From IMG/VR virus record IMGVR_UViG_3300025466_000012, positions 96,001-160,000 of that record: a stretch of DNA of 64,000 bases; one strand, given 5' to 3'. The stretch comes from a virus. The translations under genes were made by a program, and so were the position numbers. Numbering within the stretch: position 1 is the first letter of the stretch; the number at the start of each line of letters is the position of its first letter. The notes beneath the pieces were generated by a model. It was not told where the DNA came from and did not search any database. It saw only the letters and a list, made by a program, of their open reading frames with translations. Below are positions 63,340 through 64,000 of this stretch, piece after piece.

Positions 63340-64000
63340 AAAAATTATTGTTGATATTGTTTTTTCCTGTGTTGGCCTTGGCCTGGGAACCCATAAAACC
63401 AGTCACTGTGATCGTGGGCAACACGCCTGGAGCCGGTAACGAAATCGCATTCCGCAAACTGGCCGACATAGTACAACGACACAATCCCAAGTTTGTGTAT
63501 GTGCTACAGAACATGCCTGGCGCCGATTCGGTCATTGCTCAAAATCGATTCTTTGAAGCATCCGCAGATGGTTACACCATCAACCTACCCAGCCATATGA
63601 GCACCTATGTGACCAATGACATCTGGGAAGCAAAAATAAAGAAATGGGACTATGACGATTTTCTGGATGTCATGACCATGGGCAAGAGTCCTTTGGTGCT
63701 GGTGGCCTGGCCAGACAGTGCAGTACGAACTCCGCAAGATTTTGTACATCTAATTGCCACCACTCGACAACCCATCAATGTGGCCGTAGGCGGAGGAGCA
63801 CACAGAACTGCATTTGAATATCTCATGGAACAGGGACATGGCAATCGAGATCTGGTCAAACCAATCAAGTTTAATGGTCCCTTGCCGGCTGTTTCCAGTG
63901 TGGCACAATATGATGGCAAAACCGGTACCGAATTTGGCATCATGCCTATCGCTGTAGCTCGTTCCTTGGTGGATGCTGGACGTGTGCGGGCCATTGGATT
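63336..64000 (+). CDS. tctC: tripartite tricarboxylate transporter substrate-binding protein (Bug/TctC), 3'-truncated by window edge
   Basis: Not in ORF track. Signal peptide, WEPIKPVTVIVGNTPGAGNEI..R, NMPGA...ADGYTI, SPLVLVA, GRVRAIG. Confidence 0.85.
   Translation, partial: MKKLLLILFFPVLALAWEPIKPVTVIVGNTPGAGNEIAFRKLADIVQRHNPKFVYVLQNMPGADSVIAQNRFFEASADGYTINLPSHMSTYVTNDIWEAKIKKWDYDDFLDVMTMGKSPLVLVAWPDSAVRTPQDFVHLIATTRQPINVAVGGGAHRTAFEYLMEQGHGNRDLVKPIKFNGPLPAVSSVAQYDGKTGTEFGIMPIAVARSLVDAGRVRAIG

Noticed and set aside
1-64000. Stop-codon reassignment (alternative genetic code)
   Set aside because: Recognisable genes are full-length under code 11, and TAA, TAG and TGA all terminate conserved proteins at expected positions.

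Overview
This 64-kb window is a slice of a large, gene-dense lytic dsDNA phage genome. It is T4-like in organisation (clamp loader, PhoH, GroES, baseplate and fibre genes, TAAATA late-promoter motifs, many consensus sigma70 early promoters) and uses the standard genetic code. The host is most plausibly a betaproteobacterium, an inference from TctC/Bug, a phasin-like gene, and ErpA- and rubrerythrin-type genes. I found no tRNA, rRNA, CRISPR array, integrase or reverse transcriptase. Main blocks: (1) 1-15.7 kb accessory and metabolic genes (oxygenase, amidinotransferase, UvsE with a convergent GIY-YIG homing endonuclease, GNAT/desaturase/phasin-like module, lipoprotein pair, ClpP, radical SAM, GT4); (2) 15.7-24.8 kb minus-strand island of receptor-binding and fibre genes (2 LamG, C1q, collagen-like); (3) 24.9-43.7 kb small early genes driven by a family of near-identical promoter cassettes, plus a structured intergenic RNA candidate, an HNH-HNH-ABC/GNAT operon, rubrerythrin, RimK, SleB hydrolase, IF-1, SOD and ErpA; (4) 43.8-52.5 kb baseplate, fibre and adhesin genes; (5) 52.5-59.3 kb replication and chaperone genes (DnaE fragment, GroES, MBD4-like glycosylase, clamp loader, HAD nucleotidase, PhoH); (6) 59.4-64 kb enzyme cluster (SGNH-like, methyltransferase, diiron ferritin-like, GATase, DUF2061, TctC). 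Best leads: the translationally coupled HNH-HNH-ABC/GNAT operon with an upstream hairpin-rich RNA; a phasin-like gene whose promoter is sandwiched by PhaR-type operators; a SOD with a T4-type capsid-targeting-like leader; and 56-bp promoter/operator repeats that bracket an AT-rich gene cassette. All family assignments come from motif recognition by eye. No database searches were run, and GC figures are hand counts on sample lines.
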